Assembly: GCA_008632985.1 (NCBI GenBank)
Contig: QPGO01000202.1
Location: forward strand, 62,001 to 126,000
From: Psammoneis japonica
Lineage: Eukaryota
DNA length: 64,000 bases
Reading direction: 5' to 3'
Positions 36,601 to 49,800 of the stretch are shown here, in pieces. Both the position numbers and the translations under genes were made by a program. A model generated the notes under the pieces. The model was not told where the DNA came from, searched no databases, and saw only the letters and a list, made by a program, of their open reading frames with translations. Position 1 is the first letter of the stretch, and every line of letters starts with the position of its first letter.

Positions 36601-39021
36601 CTCTACTTGCGTTTGCACTTCAGAGAGCGTCTTCCCGTGGACAAGACAACAAGAAATATCACGTTCGATCATGCTGAGCTCCGATGCGCGTTTGCTCCCG
36701 ATTTCATAAATGCCGAGCTCATCCCTGATGAATTTGCTGTAAACCGCATGCTTTCCCTTGGCAGACACGCCGATCGATAATTGAAACGCCGGGAATTCCA
36801 TTGCCGCGAGAAGCCAGCCCTCTGGCACCCAGCTACTTTTTATCGAATACGATCCGTTCCTTTCCATTACTTGCTTGGCCGCAAATTTCCGGCCCAACGA
36901 AAGATAAGTATCCACAAGATGATAAATCCACGAGACTGAATGTGCCCATCTCGATGGATGCGGTGTACCTCCGATTCGAAGAAACGACGTGACGCAGTAT
37001 ATCATGTCCCTATGTTTTCGTCGTTGGCTGTTGTCCGAGAGACTTGTGGAAAAAGAGCAGTGATCGGGCACGCACGTATACCCAAGCAAGGCTTGCTTAC
37101 TTGATTTTCTCTGTTGAAATTCAGAGAGAAACTGAATCAATCCCGTTCTTGCTAGAATTGCTTTGACGTGCTCAAAGATGGTCGTATCCCCAACACTGCA
37201 CGAGACATTCGTCTTTTCTATTGCGCTCGAATGAAACTCGCTTTCCCACCTGGACCAAGCTTTGAGGAAGCTCAACCCAAAGGGACCAATTTCTGGATCG
37301 AGCATTCGGTTGTTTGAAGGTAAAAGAACACGAATCACCCACTGCTGGATACATTCTTTATCTTCGTGGCTGAAGTTGGGCGATCTAACCAGCTCGGTGG
37401 CGAGCAAAAGGCCTCGAACAGCGCGATCCGAATTGGTAACGTCGGGTCGCTCGCAAATGTTTTGTTGGTTGCGACAATGGGAGGAAAAGAGGAGCTTTTG
37501 TAGTACCAGCATTAACTCCGAAGCATCGATGCCAGCACCACCTCTCGAATCGGCGTGTACAGGTTCCACCAATAATGCAAGAACCTTGCAAAGCTGCTGG
37601 ATCGACGAGTAACCTGCACTGGCATCCGTCTCCGCTGCCACAAGTCGTCGAATCAGCAACTGTTTGAAACGAGCTACAGTAGGCCGACAAGACTCTGCAA
37701 GCACTCGCAACACCCCATGAACCGCCAAAAGGGTCACGTGCAGACCCTGTAGCTTTTGATTCGTTTCAACCGCTTTGGTTTGGTTTCGTCGCAACCGTTT
37801 ATTTCCCGATGCCTCTGGCATGCCCATTCCTGATTCATTGCTCAAATGAAGTAGACAAGAAACCAACTCCTCTTGACACGCCCGATCTATAGCGTGGTAA
37901 AGTTTCACAACAAAGCAGTGTGTTCTGCTCATAATGGCGGCGAGACTTTTCAGCTCAACGTTTCGAACCGGAGTCAAAAGTAGATTGATTCCTAGCGAAA
38001 CAAGTGATGGTACAAGTGGGCCATACAACACCGATGGCGGCTTATCCGATTGATTCCCTTGGTTCCATGTTTCAAGCAGAGTAGCAAAAGTATCAAACGG
38101 AAATGTACTCGAGTCTAGCAGCATATCCATTACCAACTCGATGTGGCCCTTGAACTCCGGGTGATCATATAAGGCAAGCAAAGCGACAATGTCAACAAAG
38201 AGAAAGTCATCTCGAGTTTGAGCTCTCTGTCCTGGTCCTACTTCTGGTGATTTGGAATATAGTTCCACGTTCTCTGCACGTTCCTTGGCCATGCTTCTAA
38301 AAATCTCCGTGTAAGCGACAGCTATCGTGTCACCGTTCTCTTGATCTCGTATTGACATGAGAATGACGTGAGACACCAATGCGACAGAGTTCATGTTGTT
38401 CGTGTTACTACTACTCGCTTCCACCAGCGCCATTTTCTTTCGTATGGCATCCAAAGTACATTGTGCATTAGATTCTCCAGAAACATTTCTCAGCAAAGTT
38501 TGAACCAAGACCGGCAAATCAGCCTCCGGCACATAGGGCAGAGCATTCACTGCAAATTTCCACGTTTCTGATTTGTCTTTTTCCGAAAGTGGGAGTGCTG
38601 ATAGGCACCGCATGACAGGTAATAATGCTGTGGAGTCATCATGGAAAACTCCGCGTAGAGTGTCCATGACAGTTCGGACCTCCTCTTGCATCTCGTCCGA
38701 CCCAACGGGCATTGTCCACGGAAGCACGTCCAGAACAAGTTGCCGAGAATCGGCATTACTCAATGCCGGAAGCAATTCTAGGAGGGTCGATCGTATTTGA
38801 GCATCGGCACCAAGCTCGTTCATGACAAGAGAGAGGGCGTCTCGAACAAGGCCGACAGGAAATTTCGTGGCATCAACTTCTTCATACGAAATCAGAAAAG
38901 ACCCAACAGCCTCCAACACGATTGTTGCCGAATCGCGGCGTAAGTGATCCGTCGATGCAGCATCTAAAAGCCGACGCTGAACGGATAGGCATTCTTGCAA
39001 CCCACTTGTCAGTTCATTCAT
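33636..39021 (-). CDS. FANCD2: FANCD2-like protein (~1760 aa); intron 36189-36099
   Basis: 'LLPVMRCLSALPL...EADLPVLVQTLL...LDAIRKKM' resembles FANCD2 'VPILDVLSSLRL...EDLPVIIKFIL...ISELREKL'. 'ELMLVLQKLLFSS' resembles the ubiquitinated-Lys segment 'DMHLVIRKQLSS'. In-frame GTAAGT...AAG intron. Confidence 0.65.
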
Positions 39022-39199
39022 TATGGGTGTTGCGTTTCGTCGTGTCTCTCATTGTCAGGTGTTTCACTTTTGGGTGTTGTCTGTACAGCAGGTACAGCAC
39101 CGTACGTAGGAGAGCGGCGCGAGCTTCGTGCGTTTTGGTAAGAACACAACATGGAGACTCCACTCGTCTACGTAAATGAACACACTTTTATGTTGCGCA

Positions 39200-42100
39200 C
39201 AAATCTACGTGATCTGTCAGTGCGTGGTGTGTTCCCATGTGGTGTCTCGCGCAACCCTCCACCTCTGTCTCCCTCCCAGATTTCAAGTTGCGCGCAGACT
39301 TGGGCTTGGCGGCCACAGAAGGAGGAAAGGTGGTGCTGGGTTGGCGGGCACACGATTGATGGAAAAAGGTGATGGGATGATGGATGATGTGGGCAAGGAG
39401 GGGGGCAGCAGAGCAAGGTGACAGGCTCGTTGCTGTGGTGTGGCAAGTGTTGAGTGTTGGGGCACTCTGGTTGTCTGCTGACAAAATCAGAAAGAAGGGC
39501 CCAACGGGTGAGTGCCAGCTGCAGCGCCATCATGCCTCCTGGAGATCTGGAACATTTGGTGCAACCTGAGTTGTGGCACGCAGCTTGAAGCCAAGGGGGG
39601 GGAGCAAGAGAGCAGATGGGACAAGAAATGGTGCACTGGTGCACAGAAGACACAGCAGCAAGGCACCAGCTGGCAGCAAACGCAGGCTTTGCTGTTGGAA
39701 AACAAAAGATTTGCACTCTCAGACAGCTCCATGGTTGGCATGAATTGCAAGTTTCATGGAAGGAAGCTCAAGTGCCACACAAGTTGCACTGTGTTAAAAG
39801 GCAAAGTCAAGTCACAAAGACTCTTGTGTTGAAAGCAATGTGAGACAAAAAGCAAAGAGGGGGGCCTCGCTGGGGCGGAAGAGAAGTCCCGGCTCGGTCC
39901 ACTCGCGGGGACGAGCTGGTTGTTTGTTTTGCAATGGGCTCAATTTTGACATCCAAGCAGTTGAGAGCAAACTCTGGATGCAGCTTTGACACAAAATGTG
40001 GCCAGCTTGTCAAGGATTTTCCTTCACCCAGTTTGTGCTGTGTGCGAGTGCTGTGTGGACAGCAGCTGCAGCTTGGGGGCCAGCGCCAGGTGGCAACCCA
40101 GATGCATCAGCTTGCTCTTCAAAAGAGCTGCAGCCACAACCCAACAAAGCCAGATGGCAGTTGCCAGAAGCAGATCTCTTGCTTGAGGTGAAGCTGCTGC
40201 TGAGTTGTTTTTGCACATGAAGAAAAACAACAAGAAAGCTCATCTCCAGCCATGCCAGCGGGGCTGCTGGGTTTACAAGTGAGAGCACAGGGGTCGTGCT
40301 GCAAGCTGGGGTGAGCAAAGTCACCAGAGACAACTCAAACTGGGGTCATGTGCATGACATTGAAAAAAGGGAATGGGAGCACTGGATCAAAAGAAGAGAA
40401 AAAAGCACTGCACAGGCAAGGGCACCCTGCCGAGGCAGCAAAAAGCACGCCAATTGGCTTTGCTCCCTAGATGCACCAGCTGCTCCCCTGCAAAAGAGTT
40501 TTGTTGTTGCTGTGTTTCTGTCTTGTGCTTGTCATCAAAGTTTTGCATGTGCGCCGGACAAGCTGATGATTTGAACAAGGTGCTGAAGCAACACACAAAC
40601 ATGGAGTGCGCGCAGGGAAGTGGGCCACATTTTGTGAAGGAGTTTCTGGCAATGCAGAGCAGCAAAGAACCTGCTGTGCAATTTTAAATCACACACAGAT
40701 GAATCATGGTGAGGCACTGAAAAGCGCAACAGAGCAAACTGGCGAGGGAACAAACTGCAAAGCATGGTCATGGTGTGCAAGCACAAAACTCTTTTTCTGT
40801 GTTCTGCATTTTTGATGCACTGGCCAAAGGACTGCTTCAATCTTGACATCTCTCAGGCTTTGCTTCTGACAAAGTGGTGGGGATTCCAGTGTTTGTGCCA
40901 TTGGCTGCAGGCACCCCGTGGCCTGTCATTGTTTTGTCTTTCGTTGGTGCGAACACAGTGGCACAGCACATGCACAGGCAGATGGGTGTTGCATCATTTT
41001 CAAGGGGCTCAAGTGATTGTTTCATTGGGCACATGTGATGTTTTGTCAGCGGGCATTGCATTCAAGTGTTTTGGCCAATCAGAGAACCTCTTCCTGAGAT
41101 TTGCGATGTTTTCGTCAAAGGAAAAGAACAATGAAATGCTCTCTCTTTTGTCCAAACAACAAACTGCAATTGGCCACATCGAAACAAAGGCAATTTGTTG
41201 ATGTCACATGTGCCATGACATGATGTGATCACACTTGTTCTGTCACTGCATCACAATCATCACAACGCTGTCGTGCGGCCCTCCAAAAACATGATTGGCG
41301 AACTTGCTCAGCGTCGCACAATCACACTTCTGTGTTCACGAACAATTTTTACAACTCCTCACATGCGCTCTCATCAAAGAACACTTTTTCAGGCAGTGAC
41401 GTCATTCGCGCTGTTTTTTCAACAACTTCAATGCCTTCTGTCTCGAAAACGAGTCAGAATCCCCCACTTTTCTTGTTTCCAAAACATCTCTTTTGCTCAG
41501 CTGCATGACATGAGCGAATCACAAACAAATCTGTGGAACCATTTTGGAGATGTTTCTGCTTTTGTGCAATCGTGTGGCATGTCACAATCTCTTTTTCTGA
41601 ATTTTGGTCTCAATTTCACGATCAGTGTTCCATGCATGGCAACGCAGACAGAACCCTGAAACCAGCGTTTCCTCATCCACCTTCATGTGTTGCACTTGGT
41701 CCACAAGAGTCAGACCCATCCATCCGGTTTGAAAAATCACACTCCGTTTGCTCCTCCTTTTGCCGACCAACGAGGTCCCATCTTTTCAAAATTCTGAAAA
41801 ATGGCTTAAACTTCAAGGCCCTGATCGGCACATGACACTTGGTTGGCGTGCACCTGACTGCAAGATGCCTCTCCGGGTCCCTCCCCGTGAGGCGAAACAC
41901 TCAACCGGCCGGACCATGAGAGTGCAGCCGGCCCATCAAAATGCTTTTCTGCAAATCAAGCCATTTCAAAAAAACCACTGTGCTTTCACCACAAGAGCAA
42001 AAATGGTGGCTGGACTGCACTCACCGCATCATGTTTTGACAAGAGTTTGGTGCGCAGCATGATCTCGTGCATTGACGAGGACACGACACAAGCACTGGAA

Positions 42101-43516
42101 TGACCGGAGCCTGCTGTGGTTTCCATGTTTGAGTTTTTGTGGTGGATGCACCATGGTCGATCATGCATGGAGCAGATTTCGTGGGTCTTCTGGGAACATC
42201 ATTGGGTTGTTCTTTTGCGTTGATGGCAAGAATTGATCCTCCCATGTCGTTTTCATCTGCTCTGATGCTTGTTGACACGGAAACAGTCAACAGAAGCATC
42301 CCGGCACTCACTTCCTTTCATGATGTTTGTTTCAGCGAGCTTTTTGGTTTGTTGTGGTTGTCATGCACCAGCATGACGTCGATGTCAGGTGCCAAGTTGC
42401 GCAGCGTTGCACAACTTTGGCCAGCTTTTTGACCTTTTTCACAAAAAGCATTTCAAGCCCTCTTGAATTGACCAAAAGCATCTTGAAATCTGGGAGGAAC
42501 AAAGAGCTCAGACACCAATGCTGAGGTCTGCATGCGTGCCCCTGCACATGTGGACCTTGGCACCAAATTTCATGTGTGTGAAATTTGTCGGCGTCTGGGT
42601 GCATTTTCTTTGTTCCGAGCCTTGGGGAGCAACAGAGACTCCCTCTTGAACACAAAATGTGCGAATCACAAATTAATTTGCAGGGGCAAACAGCTCAAAT
42701 TTTCACACCATGAAAGCATGCGCAAGGTCTCTGAGTGCTTCATCTTCACTTCAGACAAGCAAGTGGTGCAGCTTTGACAACTGCAGGTCTGCAGTTGATG
42801 TGAAACAACAAACCAGCTGGACTGTTGTCATCACACAGAGCCATGTGATGTTTTGTTTGTGAGGAAAAGTGGCACAATCATCCAAAAAGGTCATTTTCAT
42901 TGAAATCTTGTGATGCGCTGGCATGAGCTGCAGTCACAAGAAGGCAGTTTCTTTTAAAAACAACGATTTCTTGTCCTTTCTTGTGCTTCACATCTTTTCT
43001 CAATCAAAGCAGAAAGAATCCCTGCACCTTGAATTGCACAAGAGGATGCTGCCCACATTCCAAAGACGGTCTTTGAGGGCAACAAGGGTCATTTCTAGAC
43101 TCTCCAAGCGGCAATTGTGCAGGGATTTGAAATTTGTTGCAAATTTTGCAATGTCACAAATTTTGCATTTTGGCAGCTGGCCAGGGCCCTGTTCACACAA
43201 AATTTGCAAAATTGAATGAATTTTTGCAATCTGTCTGTCCATCTGGTTGCACCATTTGGTTGTTTCTTCATCGGGGGTGTCACTCATCATCCATGCAAAT
43301 GAAGCAGTTGTTCATGCTCCAAGACTGAGTGTGCCTCCTGTCCTCTGACACATGAACATCAAACAATGCATCAGATGTCAGGAAGCCATTGGAGAAGGGT
43401 TGTTGCTGAGACTCCCTTCTCCTTGGCTCTCCAACACAATTGATGAAATTGACAAGGACAACAAGCCAGACCTTGTGCTGCAGCTTCAGTCATTGTGACA
43501 GCTTGTCCCCTGGTGG
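39200..43516. other. TpA-depleted degenerate repeat-derived DNA, unclassified
   Basis: Near absence of TpA and only short Cys/His-rich spurious ORFs; no motif recognised. Confidence 0.55.
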
Positions 43517-43883
43517 TGCACCATGCTCGAAGAACGAGCATGAATGAAAGTAGAGTCAAGCATGAAAAGTGAAAATTGTGAGATAAAATTTTGCTCTGTG
43601 ATTTTTGGTTTCTCCGAACGAGTTCTCAATGGCCCAAAGCTTCTGCACTGCTTCTGCAGACCAAAGGCCTTTTGGAGAACATGTTCGTGACAACAGATTG
43701 TCCTGATGCGATTGCCATTGACACGCAAGATGTCAACATCGTCAATCGATCGCATTTGCAATTTTCGACATCCGATCAACTCTGTGTGATCGTTCTGTCC
43801 TTTGCACGCATCCACGACTGTGGTGCGATTGACGTGTAAACAACACATGATTGTGGACATGTGCATGACAGTCGCACACTGCA
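43517..43883 (-). repeat. 3' LTR of the degenerate Gypsy element
   Basis: TGCA termini; on the minus strand it is preceded by a PPT GGGGAGGTGAG (43884-43894) and the integrase 3' end. Confidence 0.88.
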
Positions 43884-46800
43884 CTCACCTCCCCAACTGC
43901 ACATTGGAGTCATTCGTTGAGTGGAATAATTTGACGGACATTGACAGTCTCAACAATGTCTCCAAGTTAACTGCATTGTGCCATTGGCAATGACTGTTGT
44001 TGTTTTTGTGTGCAGGCCAGCACAGGGCCGTTCCATTTTCTGCGAGTCTTTCTCGAGCAGCATCTTTTCTCCCATTCTGTGCATGCAAGGAGCACACCGA
44101 GCATTTTCTCGAGCATCATTTTTATTTGTGATTTTTTTGTTTGCGCTGCTGGATGAATTTCCAGTCTGCAACATGTTGGATGTTAAACGTCATGTCTCTG
44201 AAGACCAATTGTCCAGGTGCAGCTTGTGCAGCAGCATGATGCACAGAACGTGCTGCAAATGCCACTGCTGACAACATTCCAGCATGTCTTTTGAGAGTGC
44301 CTTGCTTGTCTCACGCTCTGCACACACACACACAGCATTGCGTCGAGCATTCTCTCTGATGTTCTTTTGTTCATGTGAGCACAAAGACCAATTGTCCTGT
44401 TGTTTTTTCATTGTGTCGATTGTGCATGGCATGTTGCCCAGTGCTCGATGTGCACTCTTGTTTGTGGCATTCACTTGCTTGCTGGTGGATTTTGTGCAGT
44501 TTGGTGGGCTCACTTCATGTTTGTGCCACATTGCTCTGCTGCGCTGCCACGCTTCTTAAGCAGCAATTAACGATGGTCAAGGATGTGACCATTTCGTCTT
44601 GACAATCAATCCTGTGATGGTTGTGAACTCGATTGTGGATTTTTTGTACTTCAACCATCTGTCAGTTGGATTTTGATCATCATTTGGATGTTTCTTTTTG
44701 ACATGCCGGTGTCATTTTGTCATTCCGAAGGCACTGCTTTCATGCGCTGGTGGACAAATGTCCATTTTTCTTTTCTTTTTTTCTGAATCTTTGGCACATC
44801 TCGTGTGTTGACATGACAAGTCATTTGTGTCTTGCCTCGTACATTGCACAGTGCAACCGCACGGGTGTTGTGAGATTGTCTTTTGCCAGTGTGAAGTGGA
44901 CACTGCAATGCCGTGCACCAATCTGTCACAGAGTTTTTTTTCTAACCGTCCTTTAAAATGAGGCAATTTCATCCTTGTGACATGAGCATTTTTCGATCTC
45001 GCTCGCCTCCACGAAAAGTGTTCGCACAACATGTCGCATCTGACAATTTGGAGGGAAATGTCTTCATCCCATTTTGATGGCAGGACATTGTCGCAGGATT
45101 CAATTTTCTTCACAGCAAGTCGGCTGATCATGTCGATCGACAGCATCGTGACGACGTTCACCTTGCCCTTGATTGGCATTTGTTCAGGACTGAAGTTTTC
45201 CATTGTAAGTCACCAATGCATGACTTTGTCCGTTGTGTCTCATGATCCGTGTGTTTTTCAATCTGTTGGCCAAACAGCATGTTTCAGAATTTTACAAGTG
45301 TTTTCACTGTGGACAGAAGTTCTTTTTTCCATTGCAACGCATGACATTGAAATGTGTGCATGATGACAACACAGTTTTTGATTTGATGCGCTCCACATTT
45401 TCGGAGACTTTTTGTTCCACACTTGTGCTTTTGCCGTTTGACCTTCATTGAGGTGAATCTGGCTGGCGCTGCACAGGAGATCGTTGAGACTGCGTGTTTC
45501 AATGGCAGTGACGCACAACGACGAGTTGTCGCAGTGTTGTTTGCGTTTTTCTCGTGTTGCGATTGCTTGAATCGCCTCCATTTCCTTTGCAATCGAATGC
45601 ATGTCATTGCGCATGGAAGTCTTGACAGTTTGTTTCAAGTTGAACAGTGAAGGACTTTTGTTGTTAACCTTCTAAGCAACTGTTCTGGTCGTTTGAATGC
45701 TGCATTGAGCTGTCACTTGTGCAGGTGACATTTTGAAGTCACTTTTTGTCAGGCACAAACGATCACACACAGTCATTCTGACAACTTCAAACCTGTTGTG
45801 AGTTCACTTGTGTGTTGTTTAAAAATGTCTGGGGCTCCACAGCTTCTCACAGGAAGTCCACAGCACTTTTTTACTCCCCACGGCATGATTTTCGTGTTGG
45901 CACAACATGTGCTTTTTTAATTTGATGTGACAGTGTCCCACATTCAAATCAAGTGAGGTCACATGTGTGAATCTGCTAGTTTCTGAAGCATGTCCTGAAC
46001 ATTTGGCCGAGGATGCGGCACACGTGCTGGCCTCTTGTTCAGTTCACGAAAGTCGGGTGGAAACCAAGCTTCGACCATTTTTCTGTTTTTTAAAGGTTGG
46101 AGCTGTCCATTCAGAATGGTTTGTTTTCCTTTGGGACTTTTAGCTTGCAGAGCCTTTCAATCTCCTTGCAAGTCACCTCCAAGGCTTTTGGAAACAGGAA
46201 ACCTTTCGTGTGGTGCGGTTTTGAGCAAGGTTTCACTGCAAGGTTTTCCGATTCACTCGCCTGGAGAACCATCGAAAAGAGATTTAAATCTTTTCAAAGG
46301 GAAGATCAGCAGCTTCTGCTCCTCTGGAGTCAGATGAGTTGCCGCAGCTGTCACATTGTTGAGATTAGAAGCGTGATGATGTGAGTCAAGGACCATTGGT
46401 TCCGTCACTGACTCCATTCAATGCATCATGTTTTTCAATGTGATTGGCACTCAGCTGGAAACATCGGTTTCGAAGGGTGGATCAACATTCTTCACAGATG
46501 CAGTTGCTTTTTCCTTTTTGATTTCTTCACCTGCACAGTCCAATGTGATTTCAAGACTGGACATCAAGTCGCGTCTCTTGATCACATCACATGGACTTGA
46601 AGAAGAATTTTGTGTTGTCAACACACAGCATTTGAACATCAGCATGTCTTAAATTTGCACAGTGAGAACTGAGCTCGGCATTTGCTGTCAGTGACAAAGA
46701 GCTCACCTTTGGTTTTCCAAGTTTTTGGTGGCGGATTCTTGTGTTCTCAACTTTCACATGAATTTGCGCAAAATCATGTTTGACGATGTTCACGCAGATG

Positions 46801-49800
46801 CTTGTTTCTCTCCTTCCCCCAAGGAAGTGTTCACACAAATGATGATTCCTGGACTGGCACAAACCATTTCTGCCTTTTTTCTGGGCTTCCTGACATCCAG
46901 CAGAGCACACAATTCGTGAACAGACCCAAATTGTTCTTCGGATTCACTCTGGATCATCCAATCAAATTGGCAATTTTCTTCACTGAGGGCATCAGAATCC
47001 AATTCTTTGCCCTCATGCTCTTTTTCTTTGTTCGAGGAACTCGCTTTGAGTGTTTTTTGAACTGCCTGATCAATCATGAGACGTTCAACTCTTTTTTTGC
47101 GAGTGGCATTTTCGTTGTCGCGATGCCACGTGCGATCGCCATTTGAACGGCGCCCTTTCGGATCACACTCAATGTGTCCACGGCTTTCTTTCACCAGCTC
47201 ATTTTCAGAATGGCTTCAATCCATGATGCAGGTGTTCTTTTTTTCAAAGATTGCACCTTTTGCTCACTTTGGATTATTCAGGTGCCACATGGGAGACCAT
47301 TTTTGGAACCAAATTTGGAGCCATTTTGGTTTTGGAATCAATTCTGCCATCAGAGCCTGATTTGACATGGTTCATTGACATGGACGTCATGAACGACTTC
47401 CAAACAACTCAAAACTCAGTCAGCTCATCAAGAGCATGTTCCCCAGCATTTCAGCATTTTGGACAGTCGACTGATGCTGCCATCCTTGCGGTGCAAGTGA
47501 CAGCTGATGGCTCGCAGCTCGGTTTCCCGCTAGATTCAACTTAGAGTTGGATGTCAAACGTCATGCCTCTGAAGACCAATTGTCCAGGTGCAGCTTGCGC
47601 GGCAGCATGATGCGCAGAACGTGCTGCAAATGCCGCTGCTGACAACATTCCAGCATGTCTTTCGAGAGTGCCTTGTTTGTCTCACGCTCTGCACATGTGT
47701 GTGTGGCATTGCATCGAGCATTCTCTCTGACGCTCTTTTGTTCATGTGAGCACAAAGACCAATTGTCCTGTTGTTTTTTCATTGTGTCGAATGCACACAG
47801 CATGTTGCCCAGTGCTTGATGTGCGCTCTTGTTTGTGGCATTCACTTGCCTGCTGGTGGATTTCGTGCAGTTTGGCGGGCTTGCTTCACATTGTGCCACA
47901 TTGCTCTGCTGCACCACCACGTTTCTTAAGCAGCAATTGACGATGGTCAAGGACATGACCATTTCGTCTTGACAATCAATCCTGTGATGGTTGTGAGTTC
48001 AATTGTGGATTTTTTGTGCTTCAACCATCTGTCAGTTGGATTTCAATCATCATTTGGACATTTCTTTTTGACGTGCCGGTGTCATTTTGTCATTCCAAAG
48101 GCACTGCTCAATGGGAACATTTTGAAAATGACCCGTGAAGTGCAACCCACAAATCAATTGAGGACGCCTGTAGAATCCACACGTTTTTGCACTGAAACTG
48201 TCATGTTCACACAATTTGTGCAAAAATGGACTTGACTGTTGTCGGGTCAGGCACATTTTTGCAATTGTGTTGAAGAAAAATGCGCCTGATCAGAAAACAG
48301 TCAAATCCATTTTTCGCAAAGTTAAAATTCACTGAGGACAGACAGACAGACTTGTCTTGGTGCTGTCCCACACGATTTGTGCGCAATGACCCTGCAGCGC
48401 GAAAGATTGCCATTGTCGTGCACTGGTGGATAAATGTCCATTTTTCTTTTCCTTTTTTCTGAATCTTTGGCACATCTCGTGTGTCGACATGACAAGTTGT
48501 TTGTGTCTTGCCTCGTACATTGTGCAGTGCAACCACCGCACGGGTGTTGTGAGATTGTCTTTTGCCAGTGTGAAGTGGACACTGCAATGCCGCACACCAA
48601 TCTGTCACAGAGTTTTTTTCTAACTGTCCTTTAAAATGAGGCGATTTCATCCTTGTGACATGAGCATTTTACGATCTCACTCGCCTCCACGAAAAGTGTT
48701 CGTGTGACATGTCGCGTCCAACAATTTTGGAGGGAAATGTCTTTGTCCCATTTTAACGGTGGGACATTGTCGCAGGATTCAATTTTCTTCACAGCAAGTC
48801 GGCTGATCGTGTCGATCGACAGCATCGCGACAATGTTTGCCTTGCCCTCGATTGACATTTGTTCGGGACTGAAGTTTTCCATTGTAAGTCGCCAACGTGT
48901 GACTTTTGTCCGTTGTGTCTCATGATCTGCAAATTTTTTAATCTGTTGGCCAAACAGTGTGTTTTGGAATTTTATGAGTGTTTTCACTGTGGACAGAAGT
49001 TCTTTTTTCCGTTGCAATGCATGACATTGAAATGCGTGTGTGACAACAATGCAGTTTTTGATTTGATGTGCTCCATGTTTTCGGAGACTTTTTGTTCCGC
49101 ACTTGCACTTTTGCCGTTTGACCTTCATTGAGGTGAATCTGGCTAGCGTTGCACAGGAGATCGTTGAGACTACGTGTTTTGACAGCAATGACGTGCAACA
49201 ACAAGTTGTCGCAGTGTTGTTTGCATTTTTCTCGTGTTGCAATTGCTTGAATCGCCTCCATTTCCTTTGCAATCGAATGCCATGTTGGATGTCAAACGTC
49301 ATGCCTCTGAAGACCAATTGTCCAGGTGCAGCTTGCGCGGCAGCATGATGCGCAGAACGTGCTGCAAATGCCACTGCTGACAACATTCCAGCATGTCTTT
49401 CGAGAGTGCCTTGTTTGTCTCATGCTCTGCACATGTGTGTGTGGCATTGCATCGAGCATTCTCTCTGATGCTCTTTTGTTCATGTGAGCACAAAGACCAA
49501 TTGTCCTGTTGTTTTTTCATTGTGTCGAATGCACACAGCATGTTGCCCAGTGCTCGATGTGCGCTCTTGTTTGTGGTGTTCACTTGCCCGCTGGTGGATT
49601 TCGTGCAGTTTGGCGGGCTTGCTTCACATTGTGCCACATTGCTCTGCTGCACCACCACGTTTCTTAAGCAGCAATTGACGATGGTCAAGGACATGACCAT
49701 TTCGTCTTGACAATCAATCCTGTGACAGTTGTGAACTCGATTGTTGATTTTTTGTGCTTCAACCATCTGTCAGTTGGATTTTAATTGTCATTTGGACGTT

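Noticed and set aside
5272..39021. Functional gene cluster (E(z), FANCD2-like, La, LAS1) encoding the mutator
   Set aside because: These are ordinary unrelated housekeeping neighbours, and none is a deaminase or base-modifying enzyme.
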